Assembly (NCBI GenBank): GCA_029858305.1
Contig: JAOUFI010000067.1
Coordinates: forward strand, 1-12,291
From: Candidatus Thorarchaeota archaeon
GTDB taxonomy: Archaea > Asgardarchaeota > Thorarchaeia > Thorarchaeales > Thorarchaeaceae
DNA: 12,291 nucleotides
Direction of reading: 5' to 3'
The number at the start of each line of letters is the position of its first letter. Positions within the stretch are counted from its first letter, which is position 1. This document shows positions 1 to 8,486 of this stretch, one piece after another. The notes beneath the pieces were generated by a model. That model did no database searches. It had not been told where the DNA came from and worked only from the letters and a program-made list of their open reading frames with translations. The position numbers and the translations under genes are program-made.

Positions 1-16
1 CAAAATCAGTTTCCAT
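1..16 (-). CDS. Probable 5' start of the next operon gene (M-E-T-D-F..., runs off the window)
   Basis: The minus strand reads GAGGAGGACTGACAAGTATGGAAACTGATTTTG: an SD-like GAGGAGG at the end of the helicase gene, the TGA stop, then ATG at 16 after a 5-nt gap. This matches the coupling seen at the other junctions. Only 5 codons are visible. Confidence 0.5.
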
Positions 17-21
17 ACTTG

Positions 22-2214
22 TCAGTCCTCCTCAATATGGTTCGTTAATCGTCTCTCTAGTGCCTCACGTAGACCTTGCGAAAGCTCCATGACTTTCGAG
101 AGACCTCCTAAATCTGATAAAACAGAGAAGGCATGGAGGAGCCATCTAGACGTGTCCAGTAATCCATAAACATCACCAATACTCAACTCAAACTGCTTAG
201 CTAGATCCTGGATTGCTATATCAGTGGTGACGAGAAAACTAACCAGATTATCAAATCCTTCATCGAGTGACATTCCTGTTTCAATAGATACAATATGTCT
301 AAGGAGCCACAATAGAGATTTGACATCCTGAGTTGTTGTAAGCATTGCAAGTGTTTCCCTTACAGTGGGTATACGTAGATAGAGCCTGTTCACGGCTCGT
401 CCAAGGCGTGTAGGTTTGATCTTTCCATTTGTATCGCCTTCGACTAAAGCTAAACGTGTTAGGAGACCCAAAGGGCTTGTTTCAGACAATGAAAGAGGAA
501 TGACATAGTCTGCCATATTGCCCAGGTCCTTAGCAGCAGCCATTCCAAGTGTTACTAAGTGATGGCAGAGAATTCCACTCTCGGTAATTGGTAATCCGCA
601 GGAGCACATCGGCCCTTCTACGGTCCCTAATGGTGATAGCCGTGCTGAGAAACGGCAAGTGAATGTTCCCCCATCAAGGCTGGTCACAAGTCCTCCTATC
701 ACGGTTTCGTTTCTCTCTCGAAGTGAAGTCTTTCCAAGCAGGTCTTTACGTGCAGTTTGAACCGTTTCAGGAAGTGCATGTAATTCCAAAACTGTCACTG
801 CTGAGATATCGCCGAGTTGCAACACTCTCATAGGCGCTTTCGAATCGCGAATCGCACAAAACACAAGAAATGATTCACCAAGGACCCCATTTTCGATTTC
901 CTCAACGGATGCCGAAACCATCATATCAAGGGCAACGAGAAGCTGCTCAGCTAAAGCATCGGGATGAGCCAACGAACTATTGATTCGATCATACTTTGCA
1001 GAAAGTGTTTCCTTTCCAGTTGTCTGGTCTCTTAAGATATCAAAGTACCGACGTTTTACTTCATCACTTTCACCAGTACTACCTGTTATAATAATTCCAA
1101 ACCCGATTTTATCATGCGTTGGACGACCAGCTCTGCCCAACATCTGATGAACCGTATTCGCTGAAAGCAGTCTTCTGTGGTCTGCAGGCGATTTTATACT
1201 TGAGAGAATTACTGTTCTGGCTGGAAGATCCATTCCTGCCGCCAATGTTGTTGTGGCGCATATCACACGGACTTTTCCTTCATTGAAGAGATGTTCAATA
1301 AGACGACGCCCCTGAAAACCGAGTCCTGCATGATGATATGCTATACCATTATGTAAGAGAGTTCTTAGGTCTAAAGAAAGTGAAACACTACAATTCTCAA
1401 CTGAATCTAATTCTTGGTCGAGACTTTTCTTTTCTTCAGATGTGAATTGCCTTCCTACATCATCAGCAAGTCGTCTAGCCTGTGCCTCAGCTTCGCGTCT
1501 AGTTCTATGAAAGATTATCGTCTGACCATTCCCTTGTACGGTAGTCATCACAAGCTGTTTTATCGTCAAATTTCTATCCGCGGAGGTAATAACACGATAT
1601 ACGAGGGGAACGGGTCGATCATCAGAAATTACGAGGTGACAGTCTAACCATTCTGCAAGTTCCTCTGGAGCTCCTGTAGTGGCTGATAGTGCGACTATTT
1701 GCAGGTCTTCAATAGTTCGTTTTATTCGAATGATGAAACTCTCAAGACGCGCTCCTCTGCCCAATTCAGAGAGCGTCTGAATTTCATCAATAACAACCGT
1801 GCCAAGCTCTGACAACCAGCTACTCCTACTTCGTAGGAGAGAATCTGCACGCTCATAAGTGGTAACAATTACATCATACTCCGCAAGATCATCACCATTG
1901 TTTTGGAAGTCACCAGTGCTTAGTCCAACTGATATGCCAAGATGTTCATATCGCTCTTGCATCGTTCGAAAGATCTGTACTGCAAGAGCTCGCAGGGGGA
2001 CAAGGAATAAACCCTTCCTGCCGCAAGTCACAGCTCTCAAGACTGCCATCTCGCCAATCAAAGTCTTACCAGACCCTGTTGGGCTCGAAACCATGATACT
2101 CTGTCCCTCTAGGAGACCTCTGTCGATGGCCATGGACTGGACGCCTCGAGGTTTCAATCCTGCTTGGATGAGCAGTTTATTGACTTGAGTTGTGACATCT
2201 ACGACTATGGTCAT
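22..2214 (-). CDS. Hel308/Ski2-like SF2 helicase paralog with inserted SWIM zinc finger (730 aa)
   Basis: Motifs in order: Q-motif (PRGVQ), Walker A SPTGSGKT, PLRALA, TGD, TTYER, motif II DEIQ, ALSAT, RPVPL, HHAGL, ATTTLAAGMDLPAR and QMLGRAGRP. These are followed by CSC-x10-CHH (SWIM) and a Hel308-like 'PTRLGRAVNRLYL' winged-helix/ratchet junction. ATGA overlap with the upstream gene. Confidence 0.92.
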   Translation of the reverse strand: MTIVVDVTTQVNKLLIQAGLKPRGVQSMAIDRGLLEGQSIMVSSPTGSGKTLIGEMAVLRAVTCGRKGLFLVPLRALAVQIFRTMQERYEHLGISVGLSTGDFQNNGDDLAEYDVIVTTYERADSLLRSRSSWLSELGTVVIDEIQTLSELGRGARLESFIIRIKRTIEDLQIVALSATTGAPEELAEWLDCHLVISDDRPVPLVYRVITSADRNLTIKQLVMTTVQGNGQTIIFHRTRREAEAQARRLADDVGRQFTSEEKKSLDQELDSVENCSVSLSLDLRTLLHNGIAYHHAGLGFQGRRLIEHLFNEGKVRVICATTTLAAGMDLPARTVILSSIKSPADHRRLLSANTVHQMLGRAGRPTHDKIGFGIIITGSTGESDEVKRRYFDILRDQTTGKETLSAKYDRINSSLAHPDALAEQLLVALDMMVSASVEEIENGVLGESFLVFCAIRDSKAPMRVLQLGDISAVTVLELHALPETVQTARKDLLGKTSLRERNETVIGGLVTSLDGGTFTCRFSARLSPLGTVEGPMCSCGLPITESGILCHHLVTLGMAAAKDLGNMADYVIPLSLSETSPLGLLTRLALVEGDTNGKIKPTRLGRAVNRLYLRIPTVRETLAMLTTTQDVKSLLWLLRHIVSIETGMSLDEGFDNLVSFLVTTDIAIQDLAKQFELSIGDVYGLLDTSRWLLHAFSVLSDLGGLSKVMELSQGLREALERRLTNHIEED

Positions 2215-4562
2215 ACAATCGCACTCTCCATTCCCTCGGTCTGGCGTAGGGCCATGCTACCTTTCATTGTGATTCTAAAATTGGTATATGATACTCCACT
2301 GTGTACTTCATGTCCACGAAGAATCATACTTGCATGTTCAAGTCTTGCAAGAACTGTTTCCACATCGGGATCATTGTCAGAGCTACTGGACACAATGAAT
2401 CGACGTACTGCCTCTTGTGTGAGTGGTTCATATCTTTCAAGCAGTTTCAGGATCCTTATTGCAAGAGCTGTACTTCCTGCAGATACTCGATCCAATAGCG
2501 ATCCCTCACTCCGGGTCGCCTCACTATCTTCTGAAGATAGAAGTGTTCTTAGCTGGTTGGAGTCCTCCTCTGTTGCACTCTCAGGATTCAGATCCGGAGC
2601 AGGATCAAGTTGAATCGGTTGACATGTTTCTGTACCATCATGCACGAGCAGTGCTGTGTCATCGTTCATAATGTTCAGGAAGGATGATTCTCTTGGAGAG
2701 ATACGAGCCTTTGTATGCATCCCTGTTGTTATCACATTCAACCCCAACAAGTCAGATGCTATCTTGATATCTACTGCCTCGCGAAGTCTTAGAGAAATAC
2801 ATGAGGCAAGAGTGCCAATTGCTCCGGGAGCCATATCGACTGGATGTTCCAAGGATAGGACAACTGGCCCTCGTTTCTTTAAGTTCTCTAGAAGACGTTC
2901 ACTGAAAGAATCATGTTTCATGAAGCGTCGGTTCCTCACTCGCATGTTCTCTGCTCCATCCAGAACAACCACAAGATTAGGGTCCGGTTGAAGTCCAGCT
3001 AGTTTGACACAAATGACATTCCACGCAAAGTGATCGAGGGATGTAGAACCAAGCCGCACTCGTACAACAGTCAGTGCAGATTCTGTGAGTCTTGCGGTGG
3101 GAATAGTCTGTGTACCGTAGAAGGCCTTTGCGGCTGAGCCCTGATGAAGAGACCGTACTGCATCCATACCAGCCTTGGATTTATTCGAGGGTGCCGAATC
3201 TGGGAGTTTCGGACTATCTGGTGCAGAGGAGATTACCTCCTCGAATGCACTACCCAGCTGGACATCCGCCAATGTGGCATTTCCGAGTGTGACGGCACGT
3301 GTTATTGCCAGTTCAAGATCTGCAGCACCCCTAAGGTCCGCTCCAGCAACAGGTTCCAAGGACGAGATAAGAAGTGGAACATAATCACTTCGTGGAATAC
3401 CTTCAGAATCAACAGGGTTCAACACAAGGTCTTTGCCAACTTCCAGATGGACTGCTCCTTCTGACAATCGTGTGTATCCTAATGACATCTTGTTGTTTGT
3501 GAAGACGATAACTCGTTTTCCAGCATGAAGAAGTTCAGTCGTTAGAAGCGCAATCACTCTCATCCTTGATTCACTAGTGCCCCCGCATAGTAGCGTACCA
3601 CTCTCAAGCTCAGAATGAGAGAAACCTACTGGGGGTCCGGTCTGTAGAGTGTCTGGGTTGATTGTAACTCCAAGACGATAATCACCAGGACGCCCCCGGA
3701 TTGGTGCAAGAAACTGACCAGGGATATTACTGCCAACCTCAGAAGCCAATTCCGATCTAAGTTGTACCAACCATTCTGCCAGCTCCGTACCAGCTGCATA
3801 GAACCAATCAGATTGGTTATCCACAGCAAGTTGAGTGACCCTGGAAACGAGAGTCTTTGACTTGATGCGTTTCCATTTTTCCATAGGAATTGATGCCTTT
3901 ACAGCTGAATCAAAAGACTCGATGTCTACTGATTCTTTTGCATGACCTATCGCATTTACATGAGCTAGCCACAGGCCTCCACGCCGAAGGATATAGGCTT
4001 CAACCTCACCCTTTGGTATCGTGTTGAGATATTCCTCTATCATATCTGAGACCCGTTCTTCATCCATAGCACGTTGGATTTTCTCAGGTTTCATGGTAAC
4101 ATTGAAACCAAATCCTGCTGAACCATCTACAGCACGAACAAAGGAGCTGATATCCCCTAGAAGTATGGATTTCGCATTCCCCAAATCCAATCCGATCATT
4201 TGCCGTGTTCCAGTGGGAGTCTTACAATCTAATCCTTCAATTTTATCAGAAGTGATCCATGAGGTATCGGTGCGGTGAGCCTGGCTCCAAGGATTTTTTT
4301 GCAATTCCGCGCGACTTACGCCAGTACCTGGCATCATTACTAGTATGAGAATCATACTTGCCACAATTACTGGCAGAATGGCGTATGTGAGACCGAGGAT
4401 AATACCCATTAAAGAAAGAAAGAGGGGAAATGCAAGAGCGCGTTTCTGCTTCCGATCATCCCACCGAATCTCTGTTGAACTCGTGACAGAGAAACTGGAA
4501 TAGGAAGATTCCTCCAACGGGTCTACTTCAGGCTTTGGCCCAAGAGTCAGTCGCCGTCCCAT
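2211..4562 (-). CDS. Membrane-anchored HerA/VirB4/TraG(CedB)-like P-loop protein with degenerate Walker motifs and C-terminal winged helix (783 aa)
   Basis: Two N-terminal hydrophobic segments (ALAFPLFLSLMGIILGLTYAILPVIVASMILILVMM). HerA/VirB4-type context motifs: GPPVGFSHSELESGTLLCGG, GKRVIVFTN, LVLNPVD, LVVVLDGAEN, CISLRLREAVDIKIASDLLG. The C-terminal helix-helix-helix-wing pattern ends in FRITMKG. Preceded by a GGAGGTG SD. The gene is solid; the family call is by motif recognition only. Confidence 0.7.
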   Translation of the reverse strand: MGRRLTLGPKPEVDPLEESSYSSFSVTSSTEIRWDDRKQKRALAFPLFLSLMGIILGLTYAILPVIVASMILILVMMPGTGVSRAELQKNPWSQAHRTDTSWITSDKIEGLDCKTPTGTRQMIGLDLGNAKSILLGDISSFVRAVDGSAGFGFNVTMKPEKIQRAMDEERVSDMIEEYLNTIPKGEVEAYILRRGGLWLAHVNAIGHAKESVDIESFDSAVKASIPMEKWKRIKSKTLVSRVTQLAVDNQSDWFYAAGTELAEWLVQLRSELASEVGSNIPGQFLAPIRGRPGDYRLGVTINPDTLQTGPPVGFSHSELESGTLLCGGTSESRMRVIALLTTELLHAGKRVIVFTNNKMSLGYTRLSEGAVHLEVGKDLVLNPVDSEGIPRSDYVPLLISSLEPVAGADLRGAADLELAITRAVTLGNATLADVQLGSAFEEVISSAPDSPKLPDSAPSNKSKAGMDAVRSLHQGSAAKAFYGTQTIPTARLTESALTVVRVRLGSTSLDHFAWNVICVKLAGLQPDPNLVVVLDGAENMRVRNRRFMKHDSFSERLLENLKKRGPVVLSLEHPVDMAPGAIGTLASCISLRLREAVDIKIASDLLGLNVITTGMHTKARISPRESSFLNIMNDDTALLVHDGTETCQPIQLDPAPDLNPESATEEDSNQLRTLLSSEDSEATRSEGSLLDRVSAGSTALAIRILKLLERYEPLTQEAVRRFIVSSSSDNDPDVETVLARLEHASMILRGHEVHSGVSYTNFRITMKGSMALRQTEGMESAIV

Positions 4563-4564
4563 AA

Positions 4565-4864
4565 CTACACCTCCCTCAAGAAACTGACCCGATGGGACTG
4601 TCGTTGCAACATTGCAAGTATTTGGCGAATTCTATCAACATATTCTACATCGCCACCCGCAATGATCATTGATCTATCCCCAGTTATGAGGAGCTCTGGC
4701 ATGTTTCCTGAACCCCGTGAAGGCGCACCATGAGCGATTAGTAGTGGGCGGCGTGTAAGAACAGTCCATCGGTAGCCATGCCCAATTGTTAGTGAGGTCA
4801 TGATAGCATCAGGCTTTACACCCACGGGAATTTCGATTCCTGACCGCTCTTCAGATGACTGCAT
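4565..4864 (-). CDS. Small hypothetical protein (99 aa)
   Basis: Fills the gap between two operon genes, has GGAGG upstream of its ATG, overlaps the upstream gene by 14 nt and carries the next gene's SD (GGAGGTG) in its last codons. No family recognised. Confidence 0.8.
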   Translation of the reverse strand: MQSSEERSGIEIPVGVKPDAIMTSLTIGHGYRWTVLTRRPLLIAHGAPSRGSGNMPELLITGDRSMIIAGGDVEYVDRIRQILAMLQRQSHRVSFLREV

Positions 4865-5456
4865 GGGTCTCCAAACCTCCTGTACACGTCGCTATGATGT
4901 CCTGAAAGCTCGCATTCTCTACAGGAAGATGCGGATAGGCTGCTCTCATTGCGCGTTCTAGTATCATTATATCTGTAACAACTTTGCTCGAAAGACTATT
5001 GACTTGACTCAGCCCTTTCCAAAGTTTCAATCCGCTTCTCCTTACAAGATAGCCCACTCTTGTCGTCCGGTTATCTACCGGTCTTATAATGAAGAAGACT
5101 AAATACCCTCCAGGACAATTCGAGAACCGAGTGTACATGGATTGAAGTACCTTGCGGCCTGAATGACTCAGGTCAATACCTATTGGCACACTTGAAAGTA
5201 CTCTCGCGCAGGCAACTTCTACAGTCCACTGTCGAATAATAGAAACTATCCCACGTTCTTCATCCCAAAGGACTCGTGGTTGTGTTTTGGATGATAGGTG
5301 AATGAATAACGCTAGTGAATATAATGCAAGACCTGCGCCAGCAATTGTTATTCCCAGAATGTCATCAGGTACAAGATAGAGCTTTAGCCCGAAAATCGCA
5401 ACGAATATTGAAAGACCAATCCATTTCAAATCATGTAACTCATTGAGTTGTATCAT
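4851..5456 (-). CDS. Hypothetical membrane protein, 2 N-terminal TM helices plus soluble alpha/beta domain (201 aa)
   Basis: Hydrophobic segments WIGLSIFVAIFGLKLYLV and ILGITIAGAGLALYSLALFIHL. ATGA overlap with the XPD-like gene. Confidence 0.82.
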   Translation of the reverse strand: MIQLNELHDLKWIGLSIFVAIFGLKLYLVPDDILGITIAGAGLALYSLALFIHLSSKTQPRVLWDEERGIVSIIRQWTVEVACARVLSSVPIGIDLSHSGRKVLQSMYTRFSNCPGGYLVFFIIRPVDNRTTRVGYLVRRSGLKLWKGLSQVNSLSSKVVTDIMILERAMRAAYPHLPVENASFQDIIATCTGGLETHAVI

Positions 5457-7411
5457 GGCAGTTCCATCCTCATCTTGTTGAATTGGGTGATTGCTTGTTT
5501 CAGTTCATCAGTGTCATTGAAAGGCCAGACATCAGATACAATCTCGTCGCCAAAGACAAGTAGATGCTGGAGAAACCTGTTATCTAGAAGAAGTACCACA
5601 CCAGAATCCGTTGGAGAGCGTCTTAGTCTACCGACTAGTTGTGCAACCTGTCTAATCGAAGGGACAACAGAAGCGTAATAGTATCCTGTTCCATGACCAA
5701 ATTTGGTGTCATACCACTTCTGGAGTGCATCCTGATAACTCGTTGGGGGGCTAAATGGAATCCCAACTCCAATAATGAGGTCGATCATACTCGATCCATC
5801 ACTCACTAGGTCAATTCCTTCAGAAAATTTGCCGCCATACACACAGAACATGGCGCAGGGTCCTCTCGAGATTGACTCTGATACAGTTTCAAGAAGGGCG
5901 TCCCTAGTTTCTACGAGCGCTTCACGAAAGCCAGTATCAATACTGTAGCTCATGACTTCGCTCATCATCTTGTAGGAGGGAAAAGCAATTAGAGCGCTCT
6001 TGTTAGCAGGCATTATGGTGAGAGCTGCTGAGACTCTTGCAGCAATTTCCCGCCATAGATCTGGAGTGCGTTCCTTGTATCGAGTGTTTAGTTTCTTATC
6101 GACAAGTACAAGCCGTGTCCCACGTGGGTATGGACTTGTGAGGTCATCAGATAGAGCGCTTGGAATACCTAGTAGACGAGCATAGTAATCAATAGGCCGT
6201 AGTGTCCCTGACATCAGGACTGCGGATTTGGCTCCTCTTAGTATCGGCGCGGTCAATCCCGCAGAATTGAGGGGTTGAATCATCAGTGTTAAAGTGGATT
6301 TGGACAAGTCATCTGACCAGGAACGATTCACATGTAGCGTTACATGCCAGCCTTCACTGCGTGCCGCTCTATGGGCAGTGTATAGGAACTCAATGAGTCT
6401 GTCAAGAGGGGTCTCTGCAAGACTTGCATTCTCTGGGTCTCCTAGCCCAGGTCGTCCTGCACTGTGTAAGAGATCGAGGTCTTCCTCCTTGACAAATCTT
6501 GGTGCCACATCCCACTTGTCTAGGGCCCTCTCTGTTTTGCTATGCATAGTATCCAGATGGAGCATCATGGTCTCCCAAAGGAAATCAATCGCCTCTCGAA
6601 TCCAAGAGATACCTGTCTCGCGCATGACTACTTGGCTATTCTCTCTCAGCCATCTAAGATCGTCACTGCAAAGAGAAGACGTCTCCGCATCAAGCACGTG
6701 TCCCGAGAGATTATGAGCCTCGTCTATGAGTAGATCAACATCGCTGAGTGGAATGCCCAACGATGCAAGCAGAGCCTCCCGAACTCTAGATTTGAACATG
6801 TAGGAATACGGTCCAATTATCACCATACTCCTTCGTGCGCACCAACGCATTATCTCGTATGGGCAGTAGCCTTCTAGCTCTGCTCTTTCCTCTGCCCTTT
6901 CACGTGTGACAACTCCCGTGTCAAGGAGGTCTTCGATTGTCCTATGGGCATCCTCATGGATAATAGGCTTACCGTCAGTGTTACCACGACTGTAGAAGTT
7001 CCAATAGTGGATGCACTGCCCTGTCTTTATCATACCTGCACAGGCACGCATGAATCCAGTATGACCAAGTGATTCCATTTCATGACGAATTGGACATACA
7101 TGAACACGAGAGACCATAGTCGTAGCTGCCAAATTGGGTACTACACTTCGAAGCACCTCAAGCTCAGTTTCGAAGACCTTCGATTGCGAATGAGTTCGTG
7201 TAAGTGCAAAAAGGTGAGTACTAGGATCAACTTTTCGTGAGGCTAGATATCCAGAGAGTACTGCGATTGTCTTGCCAATTCCACAATCTGCTTGCAAAAG
7301 TCCAACTGTATTAGTAGAGAAAGATTGTGCAGCCAGACTGACCGCTCTCTCCTGATGTAGTCTAGGAGAATATGGAAAATATGCCATGGGATCAGTCGTG
7401 GCAATACTCAC
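5453..7411 (-). CDS. XPD/Rad3 (DinG-superfamily) Fe-S cluster 5'-3' DNA helicase (652 aa)
   Basis: Q-motif FPYSPRLHQ, Walker A ADCGIGKT, TRTHSQ, four Fe-S-type cysteines (VCP, RAC, QCIHY, CPYE), DEAHNL, MSGTLRP, FPSY, GGKFSEGID, GIPF and QLVGRLRRSPTDSGVVLLLDNRF. GTG start preceded by GGAGGAGTGA. Confidence 0.95.
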   Translation of the reverse strand: MSIATTDPMAYFPYSPRLHQERAVSLAAQSFSTNTVGLLQADCGIGKTIAVLSGYLASRKVDPSTHLFALTRTHSQSKVFETELEVLRSVVPNLAATTMVSRVHVCPIRHEMESLGHTGFMRACAGMIKTGQCIHYWNFYSRGNTDGKPIIHEDAHRTIEDLLDTGVVTRERAEERAELEGYCPYEIMRWCARRSMVIIGPYSYMFKSRVREALLASLGIPLSDVDLLIDEAHNLSGHVLDAETSSLCSDDLRWLRENSQVVMRETGISWIREAIDFLWETMMLHLDTMHSKTERALDKWDVAPRFVKEEDLDLLHSAGRPGLGDPENASLAETPLDRLIEFLYTAHRAARSEGWHVTLHVNRSWSDDLSKSTLTLMIQPLNSAGLTAPILRGAKSAVLMSGTLRPIDYYARLLGIPSALSDDLTSPYPRGTRLVLVDKKLNTRYKERTPDLWREIAARVSAALTIMPANKSALIAFPSYKMMSEVMSYSIDTGFREALVETRDALLETVSESISRGPCAMFCVYGGKFSEGIDLVSDGSSMIDLIIGVGIPFSPPTSYQDALQKWYDTKFGHGTGYYYASVVPSIRQVAQLVGRLRRSPTDSGVVLLLDNRFLQHLLVFGDEIVSDVWPFNDTDELKQAITQFNKMRMELP

Positions 7412-7414
7412 GAA

Positions 7415-8035
7415 TCACTCCTCCACTCTCAGACATGACTCGCTCCGATGTATAGTGAATCGTAGTGAGAAATACTTCCGAAGAAGACGTTGAAACCTCC
7501 ACATGAGTTCAGGAGAATCATAGTGTGCCTCTTTGTTCCCCATCTTCTCGACTATCTCAGGACTGAAGCCTTTTTGACGAGCCGCTTTCCAAAACCATGT
7601 TTCAACCTCCCTCATGGTGGAATACAGATGTTCAAGAGAATCCTCAACTGTCGACATTAATAGACGAACTGTCCTCTTGGAGTCCTTAGGCAACTCAGAG
7701 ACCTTCATACTTGTTGGGAGGTACACCGCTATACCTTCAGCACTGTCGAGGTACACCTCTCGTGGGACACCCTTGGACCCACGTAGAGTTTCAAGGAGGG
7801 AAAGTATCCTAGGCAATTGTGGGAGAAATGGTTTGTTCAAGTTAGGGTCTCTCCATGCGACACGAGTAACTACGTATATCTGAGGATCAGGACCATCACA
7901 CCGTTCTAGCACCGTGACTCGATGCGAGGTCTCTCGAAGTAGGAGATTGACTAGGTTTATCATGGAACTCTGAGGAACGCTCGGGGTTGTTTTTGGAATC
8001 CATAGGGGATCTGAGAGGTTATCAGGACTAGACAT
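7415..8035 (-). CDS. Hypothetical protein (206 aa)
   Basis: Operon-embedded ORF with GGGAGG upstream, an 8-nt overlap with the upstream gene and a 3-nt gap to the XPD-like gene. No family recognised. Confidence 0.82.
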   Translation of the reverse strand: MSSPDNLSDPLWIPKTTPSVPQSSMINLVNLLLRETSHRVTVLERCDGPDPQIYVVTRVAWRDPNLNKPFLPQLPRILSLLETLRGSKGVPREVYLDSAEGIAVYLPTSMKVSELPKDSKRTVRLLMSTVEDSLEHLYSTMREVETWFWKAARQKGFSPEIVEKMGNKEAHYDSPELMWRFQRLLRKYFSLRFTIHRSESCLRVEE

Positions 8036-8486
8036 CTGACCATGCCTCCCTCGTGGTCATTATATGCACCCCATCATTCAAAATCAGCCCCTCTGATTCC
8101 AACGTGTCAAGAAACTTCATGGCGCGGCCCAAGTCGATGCCAGCCTCACTACATTCCCGCATTATTTCCTCGATGGATGCAGGCTTGCCTCGCTTGAGAT
8201 CTATCAATGCTTCAATGATATTGTATACTCTCTTCTTGACTCCTAATCCCCGACCAGCGCCTTCTCTCAACTTGGTCTTGGACATTCGGGATTCTAGGGC
8301 GAGGTCTCTCACTAATATCTGAGCCTCTTGCCGGGTCACTGCATATACTGTCCCAGTTTCGTGCAGAACAAGAGCTTGGCATAGACTGCAGCGTGAGGCG
8401 TCTTCCTCGCTCTCTACCTGACTATAGCCTATGTTCTTGCATCGTGAGCAGTGATAGACTCTGAACATGCCTCGGTCTCGGCTCAC
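8028..8486 (-). CDS. Zn-ribbon + winged-helix protein (DUF5817/DUF1922-like; MCM C-terminal-like wH) (152 aa)
   Basis: CSRC...CSLC zinc ribbon. The C-terminal RVYNIIEAL...ASIEEIMRECSEAGIDLGRAMKFLDTLESEGLI resembles the archaeal MCM C-terminal wH. GTGA overlap with the radA stop, with AGGTGA SD. The DUF assignment is from memory of the architecture. Confidence 0.8.
   Translation of the reverse strand: MSRDRGMFRVYHCSRCKNIGYSQVESEEDASRCSLCQALVLHETGTVYAVTRQEAQILVRDLALESRMSKTKLREGAGRGLGVKKRVYNIIEALIDLKRGKPASIEEIMRECSEAGIDLGRAMKFLDTLESEGLILNDGVHIMTTREAWSDV

Noticed and set aside
22-4562. Assignment to known helicase/HerA defence or repair systems (Hachiman, Sir2-HerA, HerA-NurA-Mre11-Rad50)
   Set aside because: The required partners (HamA, Sir2, NurA, Mre11, Rad50) are not recognisable in the window, and the HerA-like protein is membrane-anchored and degenerate.
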